A stretch of 64,000 nucleotides of DNA, taken from assembly GCA_963841915.1 (NCBI GenBank), contig CAWJEN010000005.1:192001-256000 (forward strand). Reading direction: 5' to 3'. Below the pieces are notes generated by a model. That model searched no databases, was not told where the DNA came from, and was given only the letters and a program-made list of their open reading frames with translations. Positions 46,563 through 57,121 of the stretch are shown in pieces; position 1 is the first letter of the stretch, and each line of letters opens with the position of its first letter. Made by a program: the position numbers and the translations under genes. The DNA comes from an uncultured Planctomycetota bacterium (GTDB lineage: Bacteria; Planctomycetota; Phycisphaerae; Tepidisphaerales; Tepidisphaeraceae).

Positions 46563-47720
46563 TCAGTGCGGCACTCCCGCCGCGTCAGCCTCGCGGGCGA
46601 CGGCCTCATAGACGTCGAGCGTCTTCTTCGCACACGCTTCCCACGAGAAGGCCTTCGCCCGCTCAAGCCCCGCCGCACGGAGCCGGGCATGTTCGGCCGG
46701 ATCGTCGAGCAGCCGCCGCACCGCCTCGGCGAGCGCCGCGTCGTCGTGCGGGTCGACCTGCACCCCCGCGTCGCCCACGACTTCGGGCAAGCTCGCCGCG
46801 TTGCTGCTGACGACGGGCGTCCCGCACGCCATCGCCTCCAACGGCGGCCAGCCGAACCCCTCGAACGTGCTCGGGAAGACGAACGCGTCAGCCGCCCGGT
46901 AGTGGGCCGCCAGCCCGTCATCCCCCGGAACCCGCCCGGCATCGACGACCCGGTCGGCCACGCCCAGCTGCCTCGCCAGCTCCGCCTCGTCGTCGAAGAG
47001 CGGCGCCCCGACCCGCAGGAGCACGACGTCCTCCGGCAGCCGCGCCAGCATCCGCAGGACGGCCGGCGAGTTCTTGTAGCGGTTGCGGGTGCAGACGTGC
47101 AGGACGATTCGATGTGCCGGATTGATGCCGTGCGAAGCAAGGACCCGCTCGCGCTCGCTCTCGGCCGCGTCATGCCACAGGCCGTCCGGCCTCCGCTCAA
47201 CGCCGTGAGGCACGACGACGACGCGGTCGGCCGGCATGCGGAGGAAGCGGAGGGCCTGGCTCTTCGTCGCCTCGCTGGGGACGATGACGCGGGTGCTTTT
47301 CTCGACGAGCCTTAGTTTTCGCTTGAACGTCTCCCCGACCAAGCGGCCACGATTAAAGTCGAGTTCGCCGAGCGTCGACAGCATCGGGATCACGTCGTGC
47401 AGCGTGATGACGCTCCGATCGAGGTCACAGGCGCGGAGTAGATTCGCGTGCGAGTGATCGAGCACGTGCGTCACGTCGGGCCGCAGTTCGCGTTGCCAGC
47501 GTCGAACGAGGCGGGGGTATCGAACGAGCCGTCCCCACCGCGACGCATTCGCCATGCCTGCCAACCGGGCAAGCGCCGGCGGGGGAGCGGTGGAGCGCAT
47601 CGTGACGTCGAGCGAGCCGAGAGCCGAAAGTGCCCCGGCGAGCGACGCCGCGTACCGCTGCGAACTCCGCGACGGGAACCCCTCAAGGTTTTCCAGCAGG
47701 AGTGCCGTCCGGCCCACCAT
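46563..47720 (-). CDS. Glycosyltransferase family 4
   Basis: TLHD, YKN, EGFGWPPLEAMACG. Confidence 0.92.
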   Translation of the reverse strand: MVGRTALLLENLEGFPSRSSQRYAASLAGALSALGSLDVTMRSTAPPPALARLAGMANASRWGRLVRYPRLVRRWQRELRPDVTHVLDHSHANLLRACDLDRSVITLHDVIPMLSTLGELDFNRGRLVGETFKRKLRLVEKSTRVIVPSEATKSQALRFLRMPADRVVVVPHGVERRPDGLWHDAAESERERVLASHGINPAHRIVLHVCTRNRYKNSPAVLRMLARLPEDVVLLRVGAPLFDDEAELARQLGVADRVVDAGRVPGDDGLAAHYRAADAFVFPSTFEGFGWPPLEAMACGTPVVSSNAASLPEVVGDAGVQVDPHDDAALAEAVRRLLDDPAEHARLRAAGLERAKAFSWEACAKKTLDVYEAVAREADAAGVPH

Positions 47721-48853
47721 CAGCCGACCTTCCGCCGGTAGATCTTTTCGAACAGCCTGAGGTAGGCGGCCGTCATCTTGGTCCAAGTCACGTTCTCCGC
47801 CGAAGCCCGCGACCGCTGGCGGAGGCGTTCGAGCGACTCGCGATCGTCTCGAAGCGTTCTGAGGGCCCCCGCGAGGCCGGCGACGTCGCTCGCGTCGCGC
47901 AGGCGGAGGACCGGCTCATCCGGGACGTACGTCGCGGCGCCGACCTCCGGCCCGCAGATGACCGGCACGCCGCTCGCCAACGCCTCGACGACGACAAGGC
48001 CGAACGGCTCGTAAACGGACGGGAAGGTCATCACGTCCGCCTGACGAAGCAGATCGGCGACATCGGAACGACGGCCGAGGAACGTCACCCGGTAGGCCAC
48101 CCCGAGGCCTTTCGCCTTCGCCGGGAACGGCCCCCCCTCATGCCCTCCAACGGCAACGAGGCGAACCCCGGGCGTCGCCGCAACGGCCTCCAGCACGCGT
48201 CCAAATCCTTTGCGTTCACTTCGCAGGTCGCCGACAAAGATCGCGAGAAGCTCGCTCGCATCACATCCGACCTGTTCTCGCAGTTGGCGCGTCGTCGCCA
48301 CATCGCACGGGCGAAACTGGCTGACGTCGACCCCGTTCGGGATCACCCGAATCTTCTCGGCCGGCACGCCGGCGTCCGCCACGAGCTCCTCGCGAACGCG
48401 GTTGCTGACGGCGACCACTACACCGGCCGCGGCGAAGGCCCGCCGCTCACCCCGCGCGTGAAGTTCGGAGTAGAGGCGGCGGTAGGCCGAGCGCGGCCCG
48501 CTCGGTCGCAGCTGGTTTCGAAACGACGAGTGGACGAAGTGGGCGACGTTGACGTCCGACGCGGCCGATCCCGCGGCGTCGCCGTTGAGCAACACGACCG
48601 CGTCGGGGCCGCGAAGAACGTCGACCGCGCGTCGAAGCCGTGCCGCGTAGGCGGCCTGCCTCAGCAGCTGCGTCGGGCATCGCGCTGCCGGCACGCGTTG
48701 AAAAGCGACGGCCGGGTGCTTAAGTAGTCGCTCGTCCGCCGCATCACAGAGCAGTTGGACCTGCCAGTCGGCCTCGGCCGCGGCCAGGGCGAGCCGGAGG
48801 CAGACCTGACCTTGCCCGTCCGTCGGCACAACCCGGTGCGTCGCGACGATCAG
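47720..48853 (-). CDS. Glycosyltransferase family 4 (start approximate)
   Basis: IPNGVD, RKG, EPFGLVVVEALASG. Confidence 0.88.
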   Translation of the reverse strand: MIVATHRVVPTDGQGQVCLRLALAAAEADWQVQLLCDAADERLLKHPAVAFQRVPAARCPTQLLRQAAYAARLRRAVDVLRGPDAVVLLNGDAAGSAASDVNVAHFVHSSFRNQLRPSGPRSAYRRLYSELHARGERRAFAAAGVVVAVSNRVREELVADAGVPAEKIRVIPNGVDVSQFRPCDVATTRQLREQVGCDASELLAIFVGDLRSERKGFGRVLEAVAATPGVRLVAVGGHEGGPFPAKAKGLGVAYRVTFLGRRSDVADLLRQADVMTFPSVYEPFGLVVVEALASGVPVICGPEVGAATYVPDEPVLRLRDASDVAGLAGALRTLRDDRESLERLRQRSRASAENVTWTKMTAAYLRLFEKIYRRKVG

Positions 48854-49335
48854 ACGGCGTCCGATGGGTCCTCCCGCGCAGGCTCGGGAACTCGCCTCGG
48901 CCGTGACACCGCGGGAACGCCGACGGCGATGTGGCCCGGCGGAACGTCCCGCGTCACGACCGCGCCGGCCGCAATCATCGCCCCCTCGCCGATCGTCAGT
49001 CCGCGGTCGACGCGTGGAATGATGAGGCACCCGACGCCGAGCGTCGCTCCGTCGCCGATCCTGACCCGGTGCGGCGATCCGAGCCACGTTTCTCCGGCAA
49101 TTGTCACGTTGTGGAAGATCGTCACGTTGCGCCCGAACGTCACGTTCGGGTGGATGACCGTGCCCAGGGCCCAATGCCGGAGGTCGACCGGACCAGCGAC
49201 CTCCGCCTCGGCGGGGAGAAGGCACTTGAAGACGAGGAAGTTGACGGTCTTGACGACCCGCGCGCTCCGGCGAAACCCGCACGCGTGGAGCGAGCGCGAC
49301 CACGACCAGATCAACTCCGGACTGATCCCTATCAA
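48850..49335 (-). CDS. Serine-acetyltransferase-like hexapeptide O-acetyltransferase
   Basis: H.ALGTVIH, IGDGATLG, IAAGAVVTRDVP..VGVPA. Confidence 0.9.
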   Translation of the reverse strand: MIGISPELIWSWSRSLHACGFRRSARVVKTVNFLVFKCLLPAEAEVAGPVDLRHWALGTVIHPNVTFGRNVTIFHNVTIAGETWLGSPHRVRIGDGATLGVGCLIIPRVDRGLTIGEGAMIAAGAVVTRDVPPGHIAVGVPAVSRPRRVPEPAREDPSDAV

Positions 49336-50633
49336 GCCGGCCCCCGAAGGAGATCCTCGACGCGGCCGGCGATGGAGGCGGCATCGAAGGTTGCCTCGGC
49401 ATGGGCGCGCGTCACGCCCGGATCGCAGAGGGAGCCGGCCCGCTTTCGTCGAACGGCTTCGAGCAGGGCGTCGCGCAGGTCTTCCACGGTGTTGTGCTCA
49501 AGACGGCGAGACATCGGGCAGAGGTAGTCACCGGTGCCGTTGGTCGCCCCGACGATGGCGGGCGTGCCGCAGGCCATCGCCTCCGCGACGCTCATGCCGA
49601 AATCCTCCTCGTCCGACGGTTGACAGAGCACGTCAGCCGCCTGCAGGTAGCCGATGACTTCCGGCCTTGGGACGCGCTCGACATAGCAAAGCCGCGAGGG
49701 AACCGGATACTCCGCCAGAAGCCGGCGGAGGCCGGGGGCGAAGCCAAAGCTGCCCACGATCGTGAGCTCGACCTGCGTTCCGCCTTGCTCGCACCTAGCT
49801 GCGGCGTCGAGGAGAAGATCCAGCCGCTTGCGGGGAACAATCCGGCCAAGCCAGAGCACTCGCAGCGGCATGTCACGCGAGGGCACGCGCTCTCGACGAT
49901 CAAAAGCGGCGAAGTCGAGCGGGTACGGCAGCGCGGTGATCGGCGTCGCCTGCGCGGCCAACTCCTTCATCAGCTGTTGTCGCGACCAACGGCTCCCGCA
50001 GATGAGCGCGTCCGATGCCGAGTAATCCGGCCGACCCAGCGCCAGCCGGTAGCTCCCGTAAGTCCGGAGCAACGTCCGACGCCACCAGGTCTCCGTCCGG
50101 CGGAGCAGGTCTTTGCGGGCGGTGAGGGATCGGACGTCGGTGCCCGCGCCGCCCTGAACCCAGCTCACGGCCCGAAGCCCGGCCACCCGACCGAAGGCGG
50201 GCGTGCCGATAAAGAGGACGGCATCGAACGGCTCGAGATGGTGAGCCGCGCGCATCGCCCGCGTCACGGCGCGAGCGAACGCCCGATGCTGGAGGAGTGA
50301 GATCGGGGTCGCAAGCTGAGCGCCAACCAGCCGCGTTGCCAGCCGCTTGGCCCGGTCCGCCAGGGGATCCTCCGCCCGGCGATACCGCAGGTTGGGATGG
50401 CGGTCGAGCAGGTCGACCGGGTGGACGAACGACGGCTTCGAGAAGAAGTCGATCTGGTGCCCGCGCGCGAGGAGCGCGTCGAGCAACTGATGCCCCGCCG
50501 CGGCGATGCTTCCGCTGCGGGCATCGACGTAGCCGTTACACGCGATCCGAAGCGGCTTCGGACTCTCGCCGGCCGGGGTTGCCTCGGGAGAACTCGGCAC
50601 TGCTGGCGCTGAGACGGCGGCTCGCTTCGTCAC
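49332..50633 (-). CDS. Glycosyltransferase family 4
   Basis: GRIVPRK, EDFGMSVAEAMACG; GTGA-coupled start. Confidence 0.88.
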   Translation of the reverse strand: MTKRAAVSAPAVPSSPEATPAGESPKPLRIACNGYVDARSGSIAAAGHQLLDALLARGHQIDFFSKPSFVHPVDLLDRHPNLRYRRAEDPLADRAKRLATRLVGAQLATPISLLQHRAFARAVTRAMRAAHHLEPFDAVLFIGTPAFGRVAGLRAVSWVQGGAGTDVRSLTARKDLLRRTETWWRRTLLRTYGSYRLALGRPDYSASDALICGSRWSRQQLMKELAAQATPITALPYPLDFAAFDRRERVPSRDMPLRVLWLGRIVPRKRLDLLLDAAARCEQGGTQVELTIVGSFGFAPGLRRLLAEYPVPSRLCYVERVPRPEVIGYLQAADVLCQPSDEEDFGMSVAEAMACGTPAIVGATNGTGDYLCPMSRRLEHNTVEDLRDALLEAVRRKRAGSLCDPGVTRAHAEATFDAASIAGRVEDLLRGPA

Positions 50634-52141
50634 CGCCGGACTGCAGGAGTCGGCTGCGCGGCGGCCGGCGGGCGGATCGCGAGCGCGCAGGCCGTGACGA
50701 CGTAAAGCCAGATCGCGTTGTCCGACTTGAAGAAGTTCGACACCGCCAGCGCCATGAAGTGGCCGATGGCCAGCGCGACCGTCGCCCGCAGGAGCAGCTT
50801 GTCGGCGGGCGTGGCAGGCCGAACCCGCGCGAGGGCTCTGCCGATCTGAAACAGGCCGAGCCCGAACATCAACGCGCCCGGCAGTCCAAGCGCGAAGGGG
50901 ATCTGGAGGAACCCGTTGTCGAAGGCGGTCACCTCGAGGTCGCCGCCCGTGAGACGCCCGGTCGAGGCGCCCGTCGAGCCAAGCCCATAGCCCTGAGGGC
51001 GCTGAAGGATCTCGCGCAGCGCGTATCCGGAGAAGTCGACCCGCCCGCGGAAACTGCCGTCGCTCTGCACGTCGCCCAACGTGCTCATGCGGTCGACCAT
51101 CTTGTCGCCCTGCGGGACGAGCGGCAGCGCCACGAGCATGCCGACCAGCAAAATGGCCATCGAGACGATGAGCCGGAGCTTCTCGCCGGGACGCGCGAGG
51201 ATCGCGAACACGACGAGGCAAAGTGCTGCGGTGAGCCAGGCTGACCTGACCATGGATGCGAGCGAGCAGACGGTCAGGAAGCCGCAGAGCGGCCAAAGAA
51301 TCGGCGGCCGCACAGGCCGGAACATCAGCAGCAGGGCGACAACGACGGCGCAGGTCTGTCCCATTGCCCCCGGCGCGCCGAAGGGCCCGAAAAAGCGCGA
51401 CTCGAACGGGACCGCGCGCCCGATCGAGCCCATGCCGGAGGCCTCAATCCAGAACGCCGACCAGGGCGGCATGACCGACCATTGAAACCATCCATAAGCC
51501 CCGGCTATCGCCGTCATGAGCGCGATGGAGACAAGCCATCGCTTCAGGACGTCCGAGGTGACGCCGAGGCGGAGCACGTAGACGAACAACGCGACGGGCG
51601 ATAGCCACCCCAACAGCTCAAACGCCGCACCCACGGCCCGGCCCGCGATGACGCCCATCAGCATCCCGTAGCCGAAGCTGGCGAGGATCAGCACGACGCC
51701 GAGGCGCGGTAGGCGGGGAAGGCGCCTCCAGTCCCGCAGCGAAAGAATCGCCAGCGAAACGGCCACCGCCGGAACGACCATCGACGTCGGCGGCAGCTGC
51801 GAAAACTCGCCGAAGCCCCAGTCCATCAATCGCCGGATCTCCCGGTTGAAGATCATGTAGCCGACGAGCAGCGGCACGACCGAGGTTGGCCGGTTCGCCG
51901 CGACGAAGAGCGCCGCCACGTACATCAGCGCCGCCACCACCGCGTCCAGCGGCCGTGCTACGTCAAGGACGATCCACCCCGCCACGCCGGCAAGAGCCAG
52001 CATCGAGAGGCCGCCGACAATCGAAAGGTCGGGTCGAAAGGATGCCGCCGCGGGCCGAAGCGTCCGATGTTGCCCCGGCGACGCCGGCCGGCGCACGCCG
52101 CGAAGCTGATGGCCCGTCAATGGAGTGGAAGCGTCCGTCAA
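50630..52141 (-). CDS. O-antigen ligase/Wzy-like polymerase membrane protein
   Basis: Many TM helices; RSAW, SFRGR, GYGLG, DNG motifs. Confidence 0.82.
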   Translation of the reverse strand: MTDASTPLTGHQLRGVRRPASPGQHRTLRPAAASFRPDLSIVGGLSMLALAGVAGWIVLDVARPLDAVVAALMYVAALFVAANRPTSVVPLLVGYMIFNREIRRLMDWGFGEFSQLPPTSMVVPAVAVSLAILSLRDWRRLPRLPRLGVVLILASFGYGMLMGVIAGRAVGAAFELLGWLSPVALFVYVLRLGVTSDVLKRWLVSIALMTAIAGAYGWFQWSVMPPWSAFWIEASGMGSIGRAVPFESRFFGPFGAPGAMGQTCAVVVALLLMFRPVRPPILWPLCGFLTVCSLASMVRSAWLTAALCLVVFAILARPGEKLRLIVSMAILLVGMLVALPLVPQGDKMVDRMSTLGDVQSDGSFRGRVDFSGYALREILQRPQGYGLGSTGASTGRLTGGDLEVTAFDNGFLQIPFALGLPGALMFGLGLFQIGRALARVRPATPADKLLLRATVALAIGHFMALAVSNFFKSDNAIWLYVVTACALAIRPPAAAQPTPAVRR

Positions 52142-53346
52142 GTCGCTGAGTTCCGAGATGGGATGGGTTGGCCGTCGAGGAAGATGCCGGCGGGGCCTCC
52201 TGCAACGATGTCGCGCACGGCAGACGCCATGCGGCGTCGGAACACGCCGATGTCGTAGCTAGCGGCGGTCTCGCGAGCCCGCCGACGCATCGCTTCGACC
52301 TCGGCACCGCCGGGGAGCAGCTTCGACAATTGTCGAGCCAGCATGTCGGCGTCGCCGAACGGCGCGAGCATCCCATCGACGCCGTCCGTCACCGTGTACC
52401 TCGGCCCGCCGCTGTTCGCCGCAACGATTGGCTTGCCCAGCGCCATGGCTTCGATCACGACGATGCCGAACGGCTCGAGACGACTCGCGTGCACGAGCAC
52501 ATCGCACGCCTGCATGTATCGCGGCACATCGCCGTGCGGCACCGCCCCGGTGAAGGTCACGGCATCCGCGATGCCCGCCTTCTTCGCCATCGCCCGAAGT
52601 TCGTCGAGGTGGCCCGGCTCCGAGCCGTGCGGCCCGCCGACGACGACCAGCCGAGCTGCCGGATGGTCCCGTCGAACCTGCGGGAGTGCCTTCACCACCG
52701 TTGCGATTCCCTTCCAGGCCTGCAGCCGCCCGACGATCCCGATCAGCGGTCCGTCCGCCGGCAGGCCGAGTCCTCGCCGGCAGTCGCCCGGCGACGGCAG
52801 GCGATCCGGGTCGAACCGGCCGACGTCGACGCCGGACGGCACGACGTGGATCGGCCGCTTCGGTGACATCTCCGCTTGCAGCTTCGCGGTGTAGACGCTG
52901 TTGGCCAGAATGCCGCGACACGGCAGGGCGGCCGTCCACCGCGTCGTCCGGCGATCGGGCAGAGCTCGGTCCTTCTGGAACCAGGCCGTCGGCACGCCCG
53001 CCAGCACGCCCGCCGGCAGCCCCCACCAATGGCTGTGCGGCATCCAGCTCAGCACCAGATCGGCTCTCTGTCGCCGGCAGAACCGACGCAGCCTCGCGAT
53101 GCCGCTCGCATAGCGACCGACTTGCCGGATGCGAGCCTCGCCGAGCAGCTGGATGGGCAATCCCGCCCCGCGCGCCGCCGCGGAGACGTCGCCCTCCCGC
53201 GGCACGGCGAGCGACCACGACACGCCGTCGACATCCCTGCCGGCCAGCAGGTGCATGAGCGAGAGCTCGGCTCCGCCGGCCTGGTCGCTGAAAGGGCTGA
53301 CGAGGACGCAGTGCAGCGTGGCGGGCGGCCTCAGATCCAGATCCAC
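52138..53346 (-). CDS. Glycosyltransferase family 4 (start approximate)
   Basis: GGAE, GRLQAWKG, EPFGIVVIEAMA. Confidence 0.9.
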   Translation of the reverse strand: MDLDLRPPATLHCVLVSPFSDQAGGAELSLMHLLAGRDVDGVSWSLAVPREGDVSAAARGAGLPIQLLGEARIRQVGRYASGIARLRRFCRRQRADLVLSWMPHSHWWGLPAGVLAGVPTAWFQKDRALPDRRTTRWTAALPCRGILANSVYTAKLQAEMSPKRPIHVVPSGVDVGRFDPDRLPSPGDCRRGLGLPADGPLIGIVGRLQAWKGIATVVKALPQVRRDHPAARLVVVGGPHGSEPGHLDELRAMAKKAGIADAVTFTGAVPHGDVPRYMQACDVLVHASRLEPFGIVVIEAMALGKPIVAANSGGPRYTVTDGVDGMLAPFGDADMLARQLSKLLPGGAEVEAMRRRARETAASYDIGVFRRRMASAVRDIVAGGPAGIFLDGQPIPSRNSAT

Positions 53347-54110
53347 GGGGCGAATGAGCGGGTCACCCGCCGGATGGCCGCCTTGCGACGCAGGCGAGGG
53401 TCCGAGAGATCGTTGTCGAATTGCCCGCCGCGACCAAGCCATTCCGGTTCGATCCTGAACCGTGGCCGGGTTCCCAGCCACTCCGGGTCCTGCCGGTCTC
53501 GCGAGGCGAACAGCTCTTCCTCCGGTGCGGCACCGCTGAGACGGTCCTCTCGGAGGACCTCAAGTCGACCGCGGAAGATGGCGTCGTAGCCCCCGATCGT
53601 CGCCGCCCAGGCTCGCAGGTCGAGCCACGGCTTTCGGTAGCGGCGAAAGTCGCCCAGGAAGGGAACGCCGTCGGGGAGCGTCCGATCAAGCTTGGCGAGG
53701 TTGGTGCAGCGGAGGCGTCCGGTCACCTTCCAGAACGGCCTGTCGTCGCGGCGAAGCAGGCCCTCCTGCAGCAGGTCGTCGATCGCCTTGTTCATCAGGC
53801 GAAACTCCCCGAATGCCTTGCCGTACTCGGGCGGGTGGTCGTTGGCCTGAAACGACTTGATGCGTATGGCCTTGCCGCAACCTCTGGCTTCTGCCTCCGC
53901 CGCCACCTCGCGCAGCGGGCCCACATCGCCGGCCGAGTTGTCGGCGAAGACGACGCGGTCGAACTGCTCGTCGGGTAGCGAGAGGTAGAAGCGGAGAGCC
54001 TCGACGTAGTCGGCCGTCCTCGCCGCTGGATCCCGCCGCTTCAGGTGCGTCGCCCCCGGGGGTGGCGCGACGGTCGCCGTCATCAGGATGAGTCTCGGAG
54101 ACCGGTTCAT
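53331..54110 (-). CDS. Conserved hypothetical protein, glycosyltransferase-like
   Basis: LMTATV, R..DY..AL, VFADNS, GKAFGE, WKVTGR; embedded in GT operon. Confidence 0.7.
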   Translation of the reverse strand: MNRSPRLILMTATVAPPPGATHLKRRDPAARTADYVEALRFYLSLPDEQFDRVVFADNSAGDVGPLREVAAEAEARGCGKAIRIKSFQANDHPPEYGKAFGEFRLMNKAIDDLLQEGLLRRDDRPFWKVTGRLRCTNLAKLDRTLPDGVPFLGDFRRYRKPWLDLRAWAATIGGYDAIFRGRLEVLREDRLSGAAPEEELFASRDRQDPEWLGTRPRFRIEPEWLGRGGQFDNDLSDPRLRRKAAIRRVTRSFAPWIWI

Positions 54111-55141
54111 CGCGCGACTAATGACGTACCTCGAAGTAAGTTGCCATGCTCACTCAAGTCGCTCCACCGCCGCCCGACGCACGATGCTGCCCCCGCGTGC
54201 GGTCGATCGTCGACTGCACGCCTGAGCTCGACGGCCAACCGCCGACCGGCCCTTGCCGCAGCAAAGCGACGGCGCGTCCCATCGACGCCCAGCGTCGGCC
54301 AAAGGCGCGGCAACATCAGCAGCCCCGGGTAGCGCTTCGTCCCGACAAGGAACGCCCAGAGGTGAAACAGTGCGTGCCGCGACGGCGGCAGTTCCTCGAG
54401 GACGCACAGGCTCGTGTTGAAGCTTGCCTCGGCCGTCTGCTCCGGGTTCATCCCGTGCCGCGCGTCGCCGCTCGGCCGTGAACCGGGGTAGTGATCGATC
54501 ACGAGCGACGGGTCGTAAAGCAGCCGGCCGCCCCGGCGGCGGATGCCGCAGCAGAGGCTCACCTCGTTGCAGACCTGGGCACCGGTGCCGAGCAGGCGCG
54601 GGTCGAAGTTCACCTCGCGAAGCTTGTCGAGCCGGAACGCCATGTTCACGCCCTTGAGGTGGTCGACGAACCGCGGCGGCCCGGCCCCGAGGTGGTGGTT
54701 CCCCGTGAGACGCCCGAAGCGGCTGATGAGCCCGACGCGGCGGCGCTCGCCCTCCAGCACGGCCCCGTCCTCCGTCACGCGGTCGCGGCCGCCGAAGCCG
54801 GTGAGCGTCGGGTCGGCCTGAAACTGCGCCTCGATCCGTTGGACCCAGTCGGGCCTTGGCACCGCATCGTCGTCGGTGAAGACGATGATGTCAGCGCCCG
54901 TCTCGGTGGCCTCTTCGACGCCGCGTTGCAGCGCGTGGACAAGGCCGACCTCGGTCGCGAACGCCTCGCGGATCGGCAGCCGATCGCGATAGTCGACGGT
55001 CACCCGACGCGACGGCGCGTCATCCGCCCGGACGACGACCACGACGACGTCCGCCGGCCGCTCCTGCCGGACGAGTCCGTCGAGGCACTTGGGCAGCTCG
55101 AGGACGCGGTTGTAGCTCGGAACAACGACGGCGACCTTCAT
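54107..55141 (-). CDS. Glycosyltransferase family 2
   Basis: VVVPSYNR, FTDDD, GVNMAFR. Confidence 0.92.
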   Translation of the reverse strand: MKVAVVVPSYNRVLELPKCLDGLVRQERPADVVVVVVRADDAPSRRVTVDYRDRLPIREAFATEVGLVHALQRGVEEATETGADIIVFTDDDAVPRPDWVQRIEAQFQADPTLTGFGGRDRVTEDGAVLEGERRRVGLISRFGRLTGNHHLGAGPPRFVDHLKGVNMAFRLDKLREVNFDPRLLGTGAQVCNEVSLCCGIRRRGGRLLYDPSLVIDHYPGSRPSGDARHGMNPEQTAEASFNTSLCVLEELPPSRHALFHLWAFLVGTKRYPGLLMLPRLWPTLGVDGTRRRFAAARAGRRLAVELRRAVDDRPHAGAASCVGRRWSDLSEHGNLLRGTSLVAR

Positions 55142-55163
55142 GCCAACTCTAGGATGGAAAGCA

Positions 55164-56117
55164 TTAATGAGACGAGGCGTCGAGACGCTGGTGATGCCGG
55201 CCGATTCGAGCCGGCAAAGCAAGCCGGACCGCGTCCCGCAATCCCTTTGGGGAAAGACGATTGCGCCAGCCGTAGGCACTCGACCAAAACACGGCGTTGG
55301 CTCGCCTGCGATTGCCGCTCTGGATGAAGGACGTCACGACACGAGTTGCAAGTCTCTTCAGCGCGACACGCCTCGCCCACTCCGCTTCCGCCGGAACGTC
55401 GAGCCCTTCGACAACGTCGTAGAGGTAGGTCGGCTGGCCCTGTCGCCCGATGCCGTCCGGCGACCGGCGGTATTCGGTGATGTAGTCGTCGACGAACCGG
55501 AAGTGTGCTCCGGCAGCCGCGAGCCGGAGCCCGAAGTCGAAGTCGCACCAGCGGTCCGTCTTGAACTCCAATCGATCGCGGTACCGGACCCGTCGAGCGA
55601 GGTCCGATCGGATGAGATAGCCGTTGTTTGGGAATTGGCCGACGAGAGCCGATTGCCACGCCGACAGCTGTCGCTCAACGCACTGAGCGGTCTTGAAGTA
55701 GTCGCGGTTGAGCCCCTCGGAAGCAGTATAGTTCCTACTTCCATCGTATTCGATCCGGAACAGCTTCCCGAACACCACGTCATCGGTCGCTCGCCATCCA
55801 GTCGCGAGCGCCGCAAGTGCGGTCGGTGAGGCAAAACGGTCATCATCGTGCAGCAGCGCGAGCCGCTCGCCGTTTGCAAGATCGAAGCCGAGATTGACGT
55901 TGCCCGCCTGTCGGAGCGGCGGAGTGTTGCGTTGATAGACCAGGGTGACGCCGTCGCACCAATGTAGCGACCGAAGCATCCGCTCGCTCTCATCGTCGTT
56001 CGAGTCATCGACGACGACGATCTCGATTGGCCCGTACTCTTGGGCAAATACTGACGCGACAGCCTCGGCCAGCAACGTCGGCCGTCGGTAGGTCGGGATG
56101 ACGATCGAGATAAGCAC
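55164..56117 (-). CDS. Glycosyltransferase family 2
   Basis: SIVIPTYRR, VVDDS, LHDDD. Confidence 0.9.
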   Translation of the reverse strand: MLISIVIPTYRRPTLLAEAVASVFAQEYGPIEIVVVDDSNDDESERMLRSLHWCDGVTLVYQRNTPPLRQAGNVNLGFDLANGERLALLHDDDRFASPTALAALATGWRATDDVVFGKLFRIEYDGSRNYTASEGLNRDYFKTAQCVERQLSAWQSALVGQFPNNGYLIRSDLARRVRYRDRLEFKTDRWCDFDFGLRLAAAGAHFRFVDDYITEYRRSPDGIGRQGQPTYLYDVVEGLDVPAEAEWARRVALKRLATRVVTSFIQSGNRRRANAVFWSSAYGWRNRLSPKGLRDAVRLALPARIGRHHQRLDASSH

Positions 56118-56128
56118 TCCGTGATCCG

Positions 56129-57121
56129 CTAGCTCTTGACTCGCTTCAGCCGGCTCCCGACCACTGACCCCGCGGCCCGTAGCACGTTTGCGATGTACCA
56201 ACTTAATACCCAGAAGGCGTATTCTTGGTACGAGAACCACTCTGACCGGCGCAACGTCTCACGATATGGCTTGGCGAAGGCGTGGGTTAACGACGTGTTG
56301 CCCCACGGCTTGTGCCGCCCACAGAAGTGGATGATTGCCTCCACTGGGGATGCCGGTGCCTGAGCAGTAGGTCGGAGATCCTCGATCAACCGTCGCACCA
56401 CGGGATCTGGCATCCGCGCGACCCCATGCCCCGGGGCTGCGACGGCGTTCCAACGCGGAGGAAGCGGGAGAATCCTATCGGCGAAGATCGCGTTGATTGC
56501 ATCCTGATCCGCGTTGCGGAGTGAGTTACAGTGATGCTTGATGAACTGCATGGCTCTTCGACTCGCCCCCTCGCAACGCCACGCATCAAGGTCCAAGACA
56601 AGCACGCCAGCATTGAATAACAATGCATCGGGTGACAATTCTTCATCGGCAACACAGTATTGCAGAGCGCGAGCATCGCCCAGCCGCTCGCCCCACAGGC
56701 TGGGTACGGCCGCGACTGGGCAGCCTTGAAGGTCGATTGACGCGAGCTCAGAGACGTCAGCTCTAACAAGCAAATCCGCGTCAAGGTAAACGACTTTTTG
56801 AACTTCCGGCAGCACCGATGGAAGAAGGAGGCGAAGGTACGTTGCAATGCCAAGATGGCGTATCAAAGGCAGATGAGCGACGTCGCTTTCATCGACCCGA
56901 TGAACGTGTATCGAATGCCTTCTGCCGGCGTCCGACCTTTTCGCGACGACGCGGTCAAGACGTGATCTCGTTGCCGTACTAAGCCCAACGGTCATGACAT
57001 GCAACGTCGCCTGCACGTCGGCGGCAAGATGATCCAGCACGCCTGCGATGGTGACCCCGAGCGGCATCGCCATCTTTTGGTCTACGGCGAAGGCTACGTG
57101 GCAAGTTGCTCGGTCGCTCAT
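56129..57121 (-). CDS. Glycosyltransferase family 8
   Basis: YLRL, YLDAD, FNAGV, DQDAIN, HF..KPW. Confidence 0.92.
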   Translation of the reverse strand: MSDRATCHVAFAVDQKMAMPLGVTIAGVLDHLAADVQATLHVMTVGLSTATRSRLDRVVAKRSDAGRRHSIHVHRVDESDVAHLPLIRHLGIATYLRLLLPSVLPEVQKVVYLDADLLVRADVSELASIDLQGCPVAAVPSLWGERLGDARALQYCVADEELSPDALLFNAGVLVLDLDAWRCEGASRRAMQFIKHHCNSLRNADQDAINAIFADRILPLPPRWNAVAAPGHGVARMPDPVVRRLIEDLRPTAQAPASPVEAIIHFCGRHKPWGNTSLTHAFAKPYRETLRRSEWFSYQEYAFWVLSWYIANVLRAAGSVVGSRLKRVKS